Positions 52,356 to 64,000 of a stretch of 64,000 bases of DNA are shown piece after piece. Numbering within the stretch: the stretch's first letter is position 1; each line of letters opens with the position of its first letter. Made by a program: the position numbers and the translations under genes. Origin of the DNA: Lingula anatina (lineage: Eukaryota; Animalia; Brachiopoda); NCBI GenBank assembly GCA_051362555.1, contig CM120642.1:23498001-23562000 (forward strand), given 5' to 3'. The notes beneath the pieces are model-generated. The model saw only the letters and a program-made list of their open reading frames with translations. It was not told where the DNA came from and did not search any database.

Positions 52356-54272
52356 TCAGCCACATGGAGCAAACGCGCCCATGCTCACAAAGACACCAAA
52401 AGCACACACTGCGAATGCCCACTGAATTAAAAATTGATTACCACCAGAAACCATGGAATTTCCATGAGTATCTTTTGTCGTTGTTTCAACATTGGATTCA
52501 AGAGGGTTCTCCACATTGGTGCAGGGATTCATTACATCGCGCGAAACCATAATTTGATAATCAACATTGCCAAACGAAATAAACATGGCATTCGTACGCA
52601 GCTCTATGTCAAGCTCATCTCGAAAAGATTCAAATATTTTAAGGCCTTCTCGATAATTCTTTGACTCTTCCTTCAGTCTCACCTGACAGGTGAGTACTGC
52701 AAGAATACTAGAATTGTGCCATTCTTCGTCAGTGTCATTAGATGATATCTCGGCACATTTGCTGTAACGGGGATCCAAGAACATCCATCTCGTACTCAGT
52801 ATGGCAGAGAGGGTAGGGGTAGGCGATATTGTGAACAGATCAAAAAAACGGCCTTTCCAAACCCGACAAACTCCAAGAACGTGCGAAATATTAAGAGGAC
52901 CATCGGCACTTAATGCCAGTTTCAAAGGGAAATCCATATTGATGATTGATAGCGTTGGCGTTGAGCATTGGTTGCTTTCGTCGCCACAGATGTCCTGCAA
53001 CATAATAATAAACATTGTTAAATATAAATATAGTGACATTTACTGATAAGGAGTTTAGAGAGAGTACTTTCACAGTTAAACGTGGAATGGCGTCCTGCAA
53101 TAGCTATTTATTCAATGGTTTATCGATGATAAACCCTTAATTGACCCCAACTGTAATTTAATTTGAATAAGTTTGAAGTGTCTTGTAAAACATTAAAAAC
53201 CACTATGTAAATTGTCACAATAATGCATCTGAAAGTCACCACAAAACTGAAATTAGAATAAAAAGGTAAATAAAACCTTACAGGATTTAGGAGCATACTG
53301 CGTAAGTATATGGATAAGGGATAAATGGCTTAACAAATCCATCTATGGAACAAAAAGAATATTTAAAGTTTTTCAAAACTATCTTTGAATTCTTATTCAA
53401 TCAAACAATGAAAACAAAAATAAACAAAAGCAGTTTAGCGTTGATATCAATGGACCATCTAACTGTCGAAAATATAAAGAAACATAGCGATAATGCGTTT
53501 TGTCTCCTTGCAAAATTAAACGAAAATCAGAAACACGACTATTATTTCTACTAGGCCTCTGTGCAGATGTAAAATCCTTGAATTAACATTATTCTGAGGT
53601 ATCAGGCTATATCATTACTGCGGTAAGTTATCAGTGCGTGCCGAAGTCAACATACGACAAGACCCTAGCTAACAGTAAAAGATTAATAATTTCTGGAAAA
53701 TGCAAGTTTTCATCATCCACACAAGCGCACGCGAGCACTAAGTATTATACTTAACATTGAAAAACCTAACTTTACACTATCATTTTTAATTGCCGTTTTT
53801 TTTGTATTTCTACTCAAAAATAAGATAACAGAAAGTTATGTCAATTACATGTATGTGCCTAAGTAAGGGGGGACTTTTCGACACCTATTTTTGAATAAAG
53901 ATAAGGTCAGGAAAAGTTATCTGACTAATGTGCCTAAGTAAGGGGAACTGGTCAATTGATCACGAAAAATGAAACCACATTATAGGGAAAAAATAGAAGG
54001 TGTGAATGGTAAATGACAATGTTACAAAAGACTCGCGTAAAGGCTAAGGCTTCACCAATCACAGGAAATATTTACAAAGGTAAGAACCAAAATTTTACGC
54101 CATTACCCTCCCCCCCCCCTCAATAATTTGAAAACCGTTTCTTTGGTAACTACATTTTCCATAAAATCACTTAAACCCACTAGATTTTCCAGTTCCTGAG
54201 GAGATATAAACCACTTTTATAAAGCAAGCACCGCTCAGGGAGTTGCAGTACCCGCAATGTACGTGAGCTATT

Positions 54273-54310
<38 letters not shown>

Positions 54311-56005
54311 TGCTGGTGATAACTGACCTGACTAGCCTTTTGGCTACAGGACTCTGTATTTGATGATGGATTAATCAGCATACCGAAACCAGATGGATCA
54401 AAGGACCTTGCAACACCTACAAATAAACCACGATAAAATCGTAATACAAAAACGGTGTATTACATGCAGTGATTGGTTGTGATGTCAGTTAAACAGTATT
54501 TCACTGGCTTATGTACTCTATTCGGAAATAACATTCGGGTTTTCATCAATATTAACTTTTCCCATCAGGCATAATAAACGTTTCGTCACTAGCGGCTGAG
54601 AATGTATTATTATTTTTATTATGAAAAAAGTTTTTGGTTACACGGTAAATGGTATGTATTATTAAAATATATATTATATTTTGGTTTAATGGCATCATTC
54701 AAACAGGCAAATATACTATCAGACAAAGTTAAGACAGAAAAACAAACCCATATTTGAAGGACATGGCTCAACCCTCAGTGTTTCGTCACTGCTGTACAGG
54801 CACTTCCAACAAAATGCGTTCCTCAAGTAATACTCTTGTCCTCTTGCTGAAATAAAGTAGGTAAACAACTGTGGTCCAGAAGAGCAAAGTTCCCTATATG
54901 TAGGGTCAGCGTTTTGGTCACAATCATTTTCATTAAGCCGCTTGTTTCGTTCTGCTTCCCCATGTGAGAAACACCGTCTTCCTGGAATGGTTGCTGGTGA
55001 CTCGAAATAAAGCATGCAGTCGTGGTTCTCCCTAACACCCTTCAATACATCAGCTGTACGCGTCATTGCACTGATATTCAACGCGGTACTGGTCACATAT
55101 TCGTTGCAAGTTACGATAGGGGACCAATTATCGTATTTTTCAAAATTGTGGCACATTGCACAGTACCTATTTCGAAATGTCAGTTTTGTTGCGGGGTCAG
55201 AAACGGGAAGATGGCGCTCAATGTCATCGGCAGCACTGCGATTTTCACATCTGTCTCGTATTGTTTCATTTGTCCAGGTGGTTGGACAAGACGTTACCAT
55301 CCAGTAGGATTTACTGCTGATACCTCTCAAAGACCTAGAGTCAAGGGATTGCCATATGCAGTCAATGTTATTTCGTCGAATATCTATCTCATTAGATAGC
55401 GCTGCTTGCACATCACTTGTTGAAATTCTGTCGCAAGGGTGGTATGGCTCACAGCAGTCCTCAAAAACGTTGCAGAGTCTGTCGCAGTGGCAAAATATCT
55501 GGATAAAGTCAAATCGAAAAGGTCTTGTTGCACAAAAGACTTTGGATGAAGTTATATTAAATGATGTTCCATTCCAGGGGTTTGACAAAATGTTTGGTTC
55601 TTTTGTATCTAGTGGTGATGATGTGGTTTCGTCCCCTTTCTGTGTAATGCCGTCCTGAAGTGTGAGGAGAGCCGTTGTTGCGTTCCAAGGGAAAGCCTTC
55701 CCTCCAGCTGACTTATCTTGGTCAGTTAACAGTGGAGTCGTCGTGGTTCCAGTGTATCTGTCAACTCTTCTGTTATATGCGCGGGTGGAAACTTCTTGTT
55801 CTCGTTTCGAATCTAATGGCGTTGTGTTAGGGACAGCCATAGTAGCGTTATGTGGGTACGTTGACACGCTGACGGTTTTGTTCGCTGGAACAGCTGCCAA
55901 AACACTGCCTTGCCAAACTATCATTGAGCCGACGAGAAGAAATAGAACATTGCTGATCTTTGAATCATCCATATTTTCAACCGACTTGGAAATATTCAAA
56001 AGCAT
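52356..56005 (-). CDS. Somatomedin-B-domain, Cys-rich cell-surface protein (SMB-GPCR-type ectodomain, no 7TM), 3 exons: 54748-56005, 54328-54416, 52356-52994 (~661 aa)
   Basis: Signal peptide, Thr/Ser-rich stalk, SMB motif CHCDRLCNVFEDCCEPY, Cys modules YWMVTSCP, PVSD..TFRNRYCAMCH and LRNAFCWKC. An 89-nt stop-free exon (phase 1 in, phase 0 out) bridges exactly to a CAG acceptor before DICGDES. Hydrophobic C-terminus. Confidence 0.72.
54275..54307. repeat. (GA)n microsatellite
   Basis: Direct reading. Confidence 0.95.
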
Positions 56006-57839
56006 AAAGATGTCCTCCGAGCTCCTTTATCTTTGTTTTACTTAATCCAATCCCTTTCAATGCAGTGCGTTTTACAAATACCATAGCGCTTTAAATAGTT
56101 CTTCGCAATTGAAATGCTCCTCCCATTTTTCTTATAAGAACCTATTAGTGTTGCCCATAATAAGACCATGACTTTGCTTTTGTCTCCAATAGAAACATCA
56201 GTTTGAATATAAACCCCTTTCATTGTAACCCTTGGACTCACCTGACCGACTCTACGTTGCATTGTGATTGGACTGATCTTTGCTCTTGATAAGCATAGTC
56301 ATTGCCTTGTAAAGAAGGTGCTATTATGTGATCAGTTCACCATTGTGGTGGGTTCTAAAGTTTACAAGTAATCGAGAAGTAATATTTTACCATAACCAAG
56401 TACGAACCCATTTATTTGAAATGTAATGTAATAATATTAGGCCCCATTCAGAGGGGAATTGCTAGTTCAAGGTTCAAATACGGCTACCCACTACAAAACC
56501 GGCCGTCTAAACCTGCTAATAGACACAGTATAGATTCGCCGTGGGGAAGTATTCAAGTGGGTCGGCCATATTTGACCCTCTGACTAGTTAGTCCCCTATT
56601 CTGAATGATGCCTTATACATATATGCGTTTATTCAGTTTTAATGTACAATAATACCGCCGGTATATGTTTGTATAGGTATGTATATGTATATGTACTCAG
56701 GTGGCCAACACAATGGTTTTGTGTAAAGTTTATGGGGGGACTCGAGTTTCAAAAGTTCTCTCTTTTTAAACTGAAGCATATGTTACAGAGTGACATTGTG
56801 ACACATTTTCACATCTTTTTCATCGTATAAAAAGCAAAGAACCTGCTTAGAAAAGGGCCTTGTTCCCTTTTCTCATTTCTGTGAGCAATCAAGAAGCTCT
56901 CCTTCATTCCCGGGTATCCAGTCTCGTCTGGTTGCCTTCGTATTACCACTGGCAGTGAAAAGTAAAGAATATAGGCAATAGAGGTCTTGGAAGAAATAAA
57001 AAACATGCCATGAAAATAAATATTTGAGTTTGAAAGCAAAGTGACATATTGTACATTTTATCTTGATAATATTTTAACAAAACCAGGAAAAAAAACATAA
57101 AACAAAACGTAGCTTATCATGCATCCAAAGCGTTTTGTTTTATTACAGTGACGAGGCCGAATAAGTGAGAGAACTTACACGAGATTCCATTTTACATTCA
57201 AGTAAATGAAACGTGCAAAATCTGTTCAAGTATTCTGCCCATAGTTGGGTAATTAAAAAAAAAAACGCCTGCACTGCATTTTGTTATAAATTTGATCACA
57301 AGTGAGTAAACAGTGTTAGGTCCTAAGTGACAGCTTAATTAACCCCAAATCGTCCATTCAGCTTTTTGCACAGAATTTGCCAGAAAAATAAATGTTTATT
57401 GTGTATATCTAGTGGAAAGTCTCTATCTAGTGGAAAGATAGAGATTTTTAGAGGTAGTCCACAATCGAAATGCATCACTCAGGTTTTTCTTATTGTTGAT
57501 TGGTCCTCTGTAAAATCATTGCAAACCATCACGGGTGTTTTGCCTCGGCTAACTGCTAACTGTTAAGTCTTAAGTGCGTTTTCAAAGATGCGGGCCTATC
57601 AGGAATCGGGAAGATTCCAGGTAGTCCCACATCACTGCCGTAGCTTTCCAACAGTCTAAAGAAGATAAAGGGTTTACACCATTCATTCTTTTCCAACCTC
57701 TCTGAAATACCATTTTGGCTTGGAGAAGTAACAAAAAGCCTTACTCCTCCAAATTTTAGGGATCTTTCTTGAATATATCAGTTGTGACAAACACAACTTG
57801 AAAGGTCCTCTGTATATTTTTACTGCAGGAAACATAAAA

Positions 57840-60606
57840 ACCCCGGTATATGTAAAATGTATACGTGTGAAATAAACAAGGCTCAATCTTGTTCAATGGT
57901 GTGCATGCAAATTTGATAAAACAAGGTACCTCGTGTGATGTTTTGAATTGCCCAACGAGTGATATGTTCATAAACATGATATAGTAGGGATGTTTCGTCT
58001 GTTCCATCCCCATTTATCGAAACGGCGATAAGAGGTCTAAGTAATTGCATTATATCATGACTATCATGTTTCAAACCCTGAACGTATGATTAACTCGGGC
58101 CTGTTTGACCATCTTTGACATTCTTTTAAACTTCGTTTCGAGACACGTTGAGTTCTCTGTAAATCTTTTTTGTGAAGGATCGACAAACAAAATCATCGCA
58201 TTACATCGATATGATTGAATGGATGACTTATTGACAGGACACGAAACAATAACTCATGTATCTTGACACCTAACTGATATAGTGATACTTATTCCACGGC
58301 TCATCTTTCCTGTATTTCTATGCACAGTGCGTGACTGATTGACAGGGCATGGCAAAATCTTACGGGTTTTTGAGGCTAACTACGCAACACTGTAACGCGT
58401 TTTTTCAAAGAAGACTTTCACACTGACGTAACCCTCGCATTCCACGGCTCATCTTTTCCGTATTTCTATGTAAAATGCGAGACTGATTGACAGGCCGTGG
58501 CAAAATCTTACGGGTTTTATTAGGCTAACAATGCAACACGGTAATGCGTTTTTTAAAAGAAATATTTCGCGCTAGTGTAACCCTCGTAAATTCAACGTGT
58601 ATGTGTGAAATCATTAAGGCCCAATCTTGTCCAATCTTGTTAGATGTTTTACAGTGGCCAACGAGTAATATGTTCATGGACATGATATAGTAGGGATGTT
58701 TCTTCTGGTCCAGCTCCTCTTGAGAAAATTGCGATTAGAGGCCTTAGTAATTGGTTAATATCATAACTATCTTGTTTAAAAACCCGAATATATGATTAAC
58801 CCGGGTATGTTTGAACTTTTTGACATTCTTCTAAACATTGTTTCCAGACACGTTGAGTTTCTCTGTAAAACTTTTCTGTGAAGGATCGACAAACAAAATT
58901 GTCGTATTACATCGATTGAGTGGATGACTTATTGACAGGACATGATACAATAACCTATGTATCTTGACACCTAACTAATAAAGTGATACTTATTCCACGG
59001 CTCATCTTTTCCTGTATTTCTATGCAAAATGCATGACTGATTGACAGGGCATAGCAAAATCTTACGGGTTTTTGAGGCTATCTACGCAACACGGTAACGT
59101 GTTTTTCAAAGAAGACTTTCGCACTGACGTAACCCTCGCATATGTAAAATGCATGTGTGAAATTAACAAGGCTCATCCAATCTCGTTTAATGGTGTGCAT
59201 GCAAATTTGATAAAACAATGTAACACTTTTGATGTTTTGAATTGGCCAACGAATAATATGTTCATGAACATGATATGGTAGGGATGTTTCTTCTGGTCCA
59301 TCTTCACAAATCAAAAGGGCGATTTGAGGTCCAAATTTAAAACTCTGAACGTATGATTAACTCGGGCCTGTTTTACCATCTTTGACATTCTTCTAAACTT
59401 TGTTTCGAGACACGTTGAGTTTCTCTGTAGATCTTTTCTGTGAAGGATCAACAAACAAAATCGTCGCATTACATCGATTGAATGGATGACTTATTGACAG
59501 GACATGAAACAATAACTCATGTATCTTGACACCTAACTGATATAGTGATACTTATTCCACGCTCATCTTTTCTGTATTTTATGCACAGTGCGTGACTAAT
59601 TGACAGGGCATTGCAAAATTGTAAGGGTTTTTTTAGGCTAACTACACAACACGGCAGCGCGCTTTTTTAAAGATCTTTGCGCTGATATAACCCTTGTATG
59701 TGTAAAATGTATGTGTGAAATTCACAAGGCCCAATCTCGTTTAATGGTGTGCATTCACATTTGATAAAACAAGGTAACGCGTTTGATGTTTTGAATTGCA
59801 CAACGAGTGATATGTTCATGGACATGATACAGTAGGGATGTTTCGCCCATCTCCATTTATCGAAATGGCGATTAGAGGTCTAACTGAGTAATTGGATTAT
59901 ATCATCACTATCTTTTTTTAAACCCTGAACGTATGATTAACTCGGGCCTGTAACTGTTTGACCATCTTTGACATTCTTTTAAACTTTGTTTCGAGACACG
60001 TTGAGTTTCTCTGTAAATCTTTTTTGTGAAGGATCGACAAACAAAATCGTCGCATTACACCGATTGAATGGATGACTTATTGACAGGGCACGAAATAATA
60101 ACTCATGTATCTTGACACCTAACTGATATAGTGATACTTATTCCACGGATAATCTTTTATGTATTATTATGCGAAGTGCGTGACTGAGGGTGCTTTCCCA
60201 GAGATTTAGATCGATCTAAAGATTAAGTTTTAGATCGACCTAACTCCCAGGGGGTTCACGCTAAATTGTAGTCAGCCGAGCGGGCACCATGGTTAATTAC
60301 CCCCTTACAGCTTTTAGTAGGCGGGACAGACGCTTAAGCCGGCCAAGCTGACAGTAATCTAGTGAGACTCCCCACAGGGATAGATCGATCTAAAAATCTA
60401 TGGATATAGGGTGTGATTGACAGGGCATAACAAAATCGTAAGGGTTTTTTGTTTAGGCTAACTACACAACACGGCAGCGCGCTTTTTTTAAAGATCTTTG
60501 CGCTGATATAACCCTCGTATATGTAAAATGTAGGGTATGTGTGAAGTTAACAAGGCTCACCCAATCTCTTTTAGGCTAATCGTGTGCATTCACATTTGAT
60601 AAAACA
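57840..60606. repeat. Tandem array of ~560-590-bp units (4 full plus a partial), with a ~150-bp internal duplication and a MITE insertion
   Basis: Anchor ggatgacttattgacagg recurs near 58221, 58922, 59484 and 60070. The block attccacggctcatc...gtaaccctcg is duplicated at ~58291-58440 and ~58440-58590. Confidence 0.92.
60188..60413. mobile_element. PIF/Harbinger-type MITE, copy 2, inserted in the tandem array
   Basis: Interrupts the repeat-unit sequence gtgacTGAttgacagggc, duplicating TGA (60185-87, 60414-16). Reverse-complement homologue of 10063-10277. Confidence 0.8.
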
Positions 60607-61254
60607 ATTCCAAGAACAAGATTAATACAATGTTTTTTTTTCTTTGCACTGATCTGTTTGTATCAACATTTTCCATATGTAAGTTAATTATCAACTTTTT
60701 TCAGTTTTTAAGATCTTTCCACTTTTATGGGGGAAACAATGCATTGTTTTTTAGCCTAATTATATAAATATATTTGGATATTGGCTATATTTTTTATGTA
60801 TACATGTGTTGTTTAGTTATGCGATACACAATGAACTCAAATTTAATTTGTGTTTAAGACTTACAAGTTGACTTACAAGTTTACTGTTTTAGTTGTGTAA
60901 GGTGTAAAAAACATGTTTCTGAAAAGTTTTATGACTCGCTTAATTGTGTCCGGGAGTAGGCCTGCCCCATTTTATCACGCAAATGAGGAGTATCCCCATA
61001 AATGTTGCCGGAGGTTTGCGGGAGTCACCCTGAGCTTCAGAGATAACTTGACACTAGGCTAACCTCTTCACTATAGCCTATCTTCATCGTGTCAAATTAT
61101 CTCTGAAGGGTGATTTACGTAGGCTTGGATAAAAAATTTTCATGTCTAAGTCTACAATATTCTCATTTCATGAACTGTTATTTTGGCTACCTGTTCTTTA
61201 ACTTTAGCCTGCGCTCGTTTCTGCATCCCTATATCTTACAGGTAGTGTGATACC

Positions 61255-61412
61255 GACGTATCAACGCGATTTCCCTTTGCTACCAGGAAGTAAACGTAAC
61301 CACTGGTTGGGGCGAGAAAGCAGACGAAGCGATGATTACGTCATCACTATATGTGCATCTGCCAACCGGAAGTTAGTGCAGCGTGCCTTTTTTTTCCGAG
61401 GCAGAGAAGAAC
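61255..61412 (+). promoter_or_regulatory. Putative CDK9-B proximal promoter
   Basis: CpG-rich island in an AT-rich background with ETS motifs caggaagt and ccggaagt and CRE-like ttacgtca immediately upstream of the ATG. Confidence 0.5.
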
Positions 61413-61740
61413 ATGAGCAAGATAGAAGACCTTGAATTTCCCTACTGCCAAGATGTTAATAAATACGAGAAGCTGGCCAAAATTGGACAGGGGACCTTTG
61501 GGTAAGGGATACAACAGATATGCAAGACAACATCCGGTTTTTTACGTGTGCATACGTTTTTGTTGTGGTCCATTCATTCATTTCGACCACGTTTAGCTTC
61601 TTTGTTCTATTTCTTCGCTTTTACTGTCTTTGCCTTATTTGAAAAAAATCCTTTGGATTATTGGTTTCAGTGGAACTATCTTGTGAAATATTCAGTTTAA
61701 TTGTTCTAGCTGGTGGGAGTAGAATCTTTATATCATCGGA

Positions 61741-61795
<55 letters not shown>

Positions 61796-63706
61796 CAAAT
61801 TTCACACTGTGACACTGTTTGTGTTAATGCATATATCATGAATTATAATTAAATTATATACCAGTAGTATGTAATTGTATTTGTGTACATTAATGAATTT
61901 ATGTGAATATTTATGTGTGTGTGCTTGCGTGTATGTTATGGAGTGGAACTATCTTGGGTAAGAGGGGATGAATATCTTATTTATTTATTTATTTAATTAT
62001 TTATTTATTTATTTATTTACTTATTTTAGCAGTCTGGTGCATGCTAGAGATTAAAGCTAAAGTAATTTTCTGTTAGATATTATTTGATAAATTCTATTGT
62101 TAAATGACACTAAGTCATCTTCATATTGCTGCAATACATGTTCGTGTTAATATTCCAGTGAAGTGTTTAAAGCTCGTGACAGGAAAACAAAAACCTTGGT
62201 CGCCCTCAAAAAAGTTCTTATGGAAAATGAAAAGGAAGGGGTAAGGCCATGTAATATGTAGACTTTTCTCAGGATAGATTAGAAATTGAAAAAAATAAGT
62301 ATTGCCTCTTTATTTAAAAAAATCTTATGGCTTACTTTAAAAGATGTTAAAAGGAAAAAGATAAGATATTTTCTTACATGGTATGTCTTATCATTTTACC
62401 AAGCACAGCCTTATATTTGAAAAACATTTTTAAAATGCTCATGTATTGTCCTGTGGCACAAGCTCCTCACCCATGTAAAGTGTGCCATGAGCACTGACTA
62501 TACTGACTATAAACTTTTTAACATTTCAGTTTCCCATCACAGCATTGAGAGAGATTAAGATTTTGCAGCTTCTGAAGAATGAAAATGTTGTTAATTTAAT
62601 TGAAATTTGTAGGAGTAAAGGTAAATGAAAAGTTATCAGGAATTAAGGAAGAAAATAATTCAAAAGAACCCTCAAATGACTTTATATTTTTTTTCCAACA
62701 ATATTCAGTGTAAATATGCTCTGAAATTATCCTAGCTAGTGGTAAACCTTCCATTGCAAGTACTTTTAAAAAGTTATTCAGTTTCTTATGAGATGTCATG
62801 TGCCCAACAATCGCTATCTTTTTGCAGAATACTTATGATTTGTCTCTCTGTTTTCCAGCCACACCCTACAACAGATTCAAGAGTACTTTCTACCTGGTAT
62901 TTGAATTCTGTGAACATGACTTAGCAGGACTTCTTAGTAATTCCAATGTGAAGTTCACCTTGGGGGAAATCAAGAAAGTTATGCAGCAACTGCTCAATGG
63001 ATTATATTACATCCACAGTAACAAAGTGCTTCATAGAGATATGAAAGCAGCTAATATTCTGATAACAAAATCAGGACAGTTGAAATTAGCTGATTTTGGA
63101 CTTGCAAGAGCTTTCAGTATTAACAACAAAGGCCAGCCAATGAGATATACCAATCGTGTTGTTACTCTATGGTATCGCCCCCCAGAACTTTTGCTTGGTG
63201 AAAGGGATTATGGACCAGCTATTGACATGTGGGGGGCGGGATGTATCATGGCAGAAATGTGGACGAGAAGTCCCATAATGCAAGGTGACACTGAGCAACG
63301 CCAACTACAGCTAATCACACAGCTTTGTGGTTCTATCACAACAAAAGTATGGCCTGATGTGGAAAAATACGAACTTTATACCAAAATGGAGCTACCAAAG
63401 GACCAAAAACGTAAAGTGAAGGATCGCCTGAAAGCCTACATTAAAGACCAATATGCCTTGGACTTACTGGATAAGTTGCTCACACTGGACCCAACCAAAC
63501 GTATCGATGGTGACCGAGCACTGGACCATGATTTTTTCTGGACAGACCCACGTCCTTGTGAGCTGGGTAAAATGCTGTCCCAGCATACTATGTCCATGTT
63601 TGAGTATCTGGCGCCCCCTAGGAGGCGTGGAGCTGGACCACACCAGCAGCAGCCTGTTGCTAAACCTGCAGCAAGCATGGACCAACATTTTGATAGGATA
63701 TTCTAG
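61413..63706 (+). CDS. CDK9: Cyclin-dependent kinase 9, copy B, 4 exons: 61413-61501, 62159-62240, 62530-62620, 62859-63706 (369 aa)
   Basis: Same motifs and identical exon lengths (89/82/91/848 nt) as copy A. Canonical gatekeeper context YLVFEFCEHDL. Ends FDRIF*. Confidence 0.96.
61742..61793. repeat. (AAT)n microsatellite in CDK9-B intron 1
   Basis: Direct reading. Confidence 0.95.
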
Positions 63707-64000
63707 TCGTTTTAATTATGATTGGGTCATTCTTTTACTTCAAATTTGAAGAGTCATGTTTTTGTATACAAAAAGCATAAGATTTTGATCTTTTATATCT
63801 GCAACATATTTTACCCTCTGTCATTTCCTTTTTTTCATTTATTCATCTCTCTGATTAGATATTTATGTTAGAAGCAACCACATTGCAGATTAACTGTCTT
63901 AAATTTAACTGGAAGGAAAATAAGATGTTGGAGAAACATAACGATCCCAAAAGTACAAAGAGAGAAATTACTGTGGAATACCCCATGATAATAATACTTG

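Noticed and set aside
52356-53039. 227-aa ORF as a stand-alone gene with its own signal peptide
   Set aside because: The apparent signal peptide (53039-52995) is AT-rich sequence ending in a ttgcag acceptor that is in phase with the upstream 89-nt exon. It is better explained as the last exon of the SMB gene, though independent initiation is not excluded.
56470-56495. B-box-like ggttcaaatac suggesting a tRNA or SINE
   Set aside because: No A-box or cloverleaf could be built around it.
57690-57735. Minus-strand peptide TSPSQNGISERL resembling the retroviral integrase NGxxER motif
   Set aside because: Too short, with no upstream D,D residues in context, HHCC domain or LTRs.
57840-60606. CRISPR-like, snRNA or ribozyme array
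   Set aside because: Units are homologous along their full length with no unique spacers. No hammerhead core, canonical C/D boxes or snRNA sequence recognised.
62798-62858. N-terminal extension MCPTIAIF... of the 302-aa CDK9 ORF
   Set aside because: Intron 3 sequence read through in frame. The true exon starts at 62859 after ttttccag.
48066-63706. CDK9 pair as a haplotype or assembly duplication
   Set aside because: Introns, promoters and many synonymous sites differ far more than expected for alleles.

Overview
AT-rich, intron-containing animal DNA, probably a lophotrochozoan invertebrate such as a mollusc (inferred from gene and repeat content; the species cannot be determined here). No prokaryotic features, rRNA, tRNA or CRISPR were recognised. 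I reconstructed nine spliced protein-coding genes by hand from GT-AG boundaries and reading-frame phase. They are: a Neverland/DAF-36 Rieske cholesterol 7-desaturase (+, 11.7-kb first intron); a CHST15-like sulfotransferase (-); AGK (-) head-to-head with ANKRD46 (+); an MGAT4C-like GT54 enzyme (+) lacking its C-terminal lectin domain; STEEP1/CXorf56 (-) head-to-head with CDK9 copy A (+); a 3-exon somatomedin-B/Cys-rich surface protein (-) that joins two ORFs the track lists separately; and CDK9 copy B (+). The most notable signals are an intact tandem CDK9 duplicate whose gatekeeper Phe is replaced by Ser, patchy near-identity between the CDK9 copies suggesting gene conversion, and a GPCR-type ectodomain with no 7TM region. 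Also present are a ~560-590-bp tandem array containing an inserted MITE, several foldback/MITE elements (most with readable target-site duplications) and a LINE 3' fragment.
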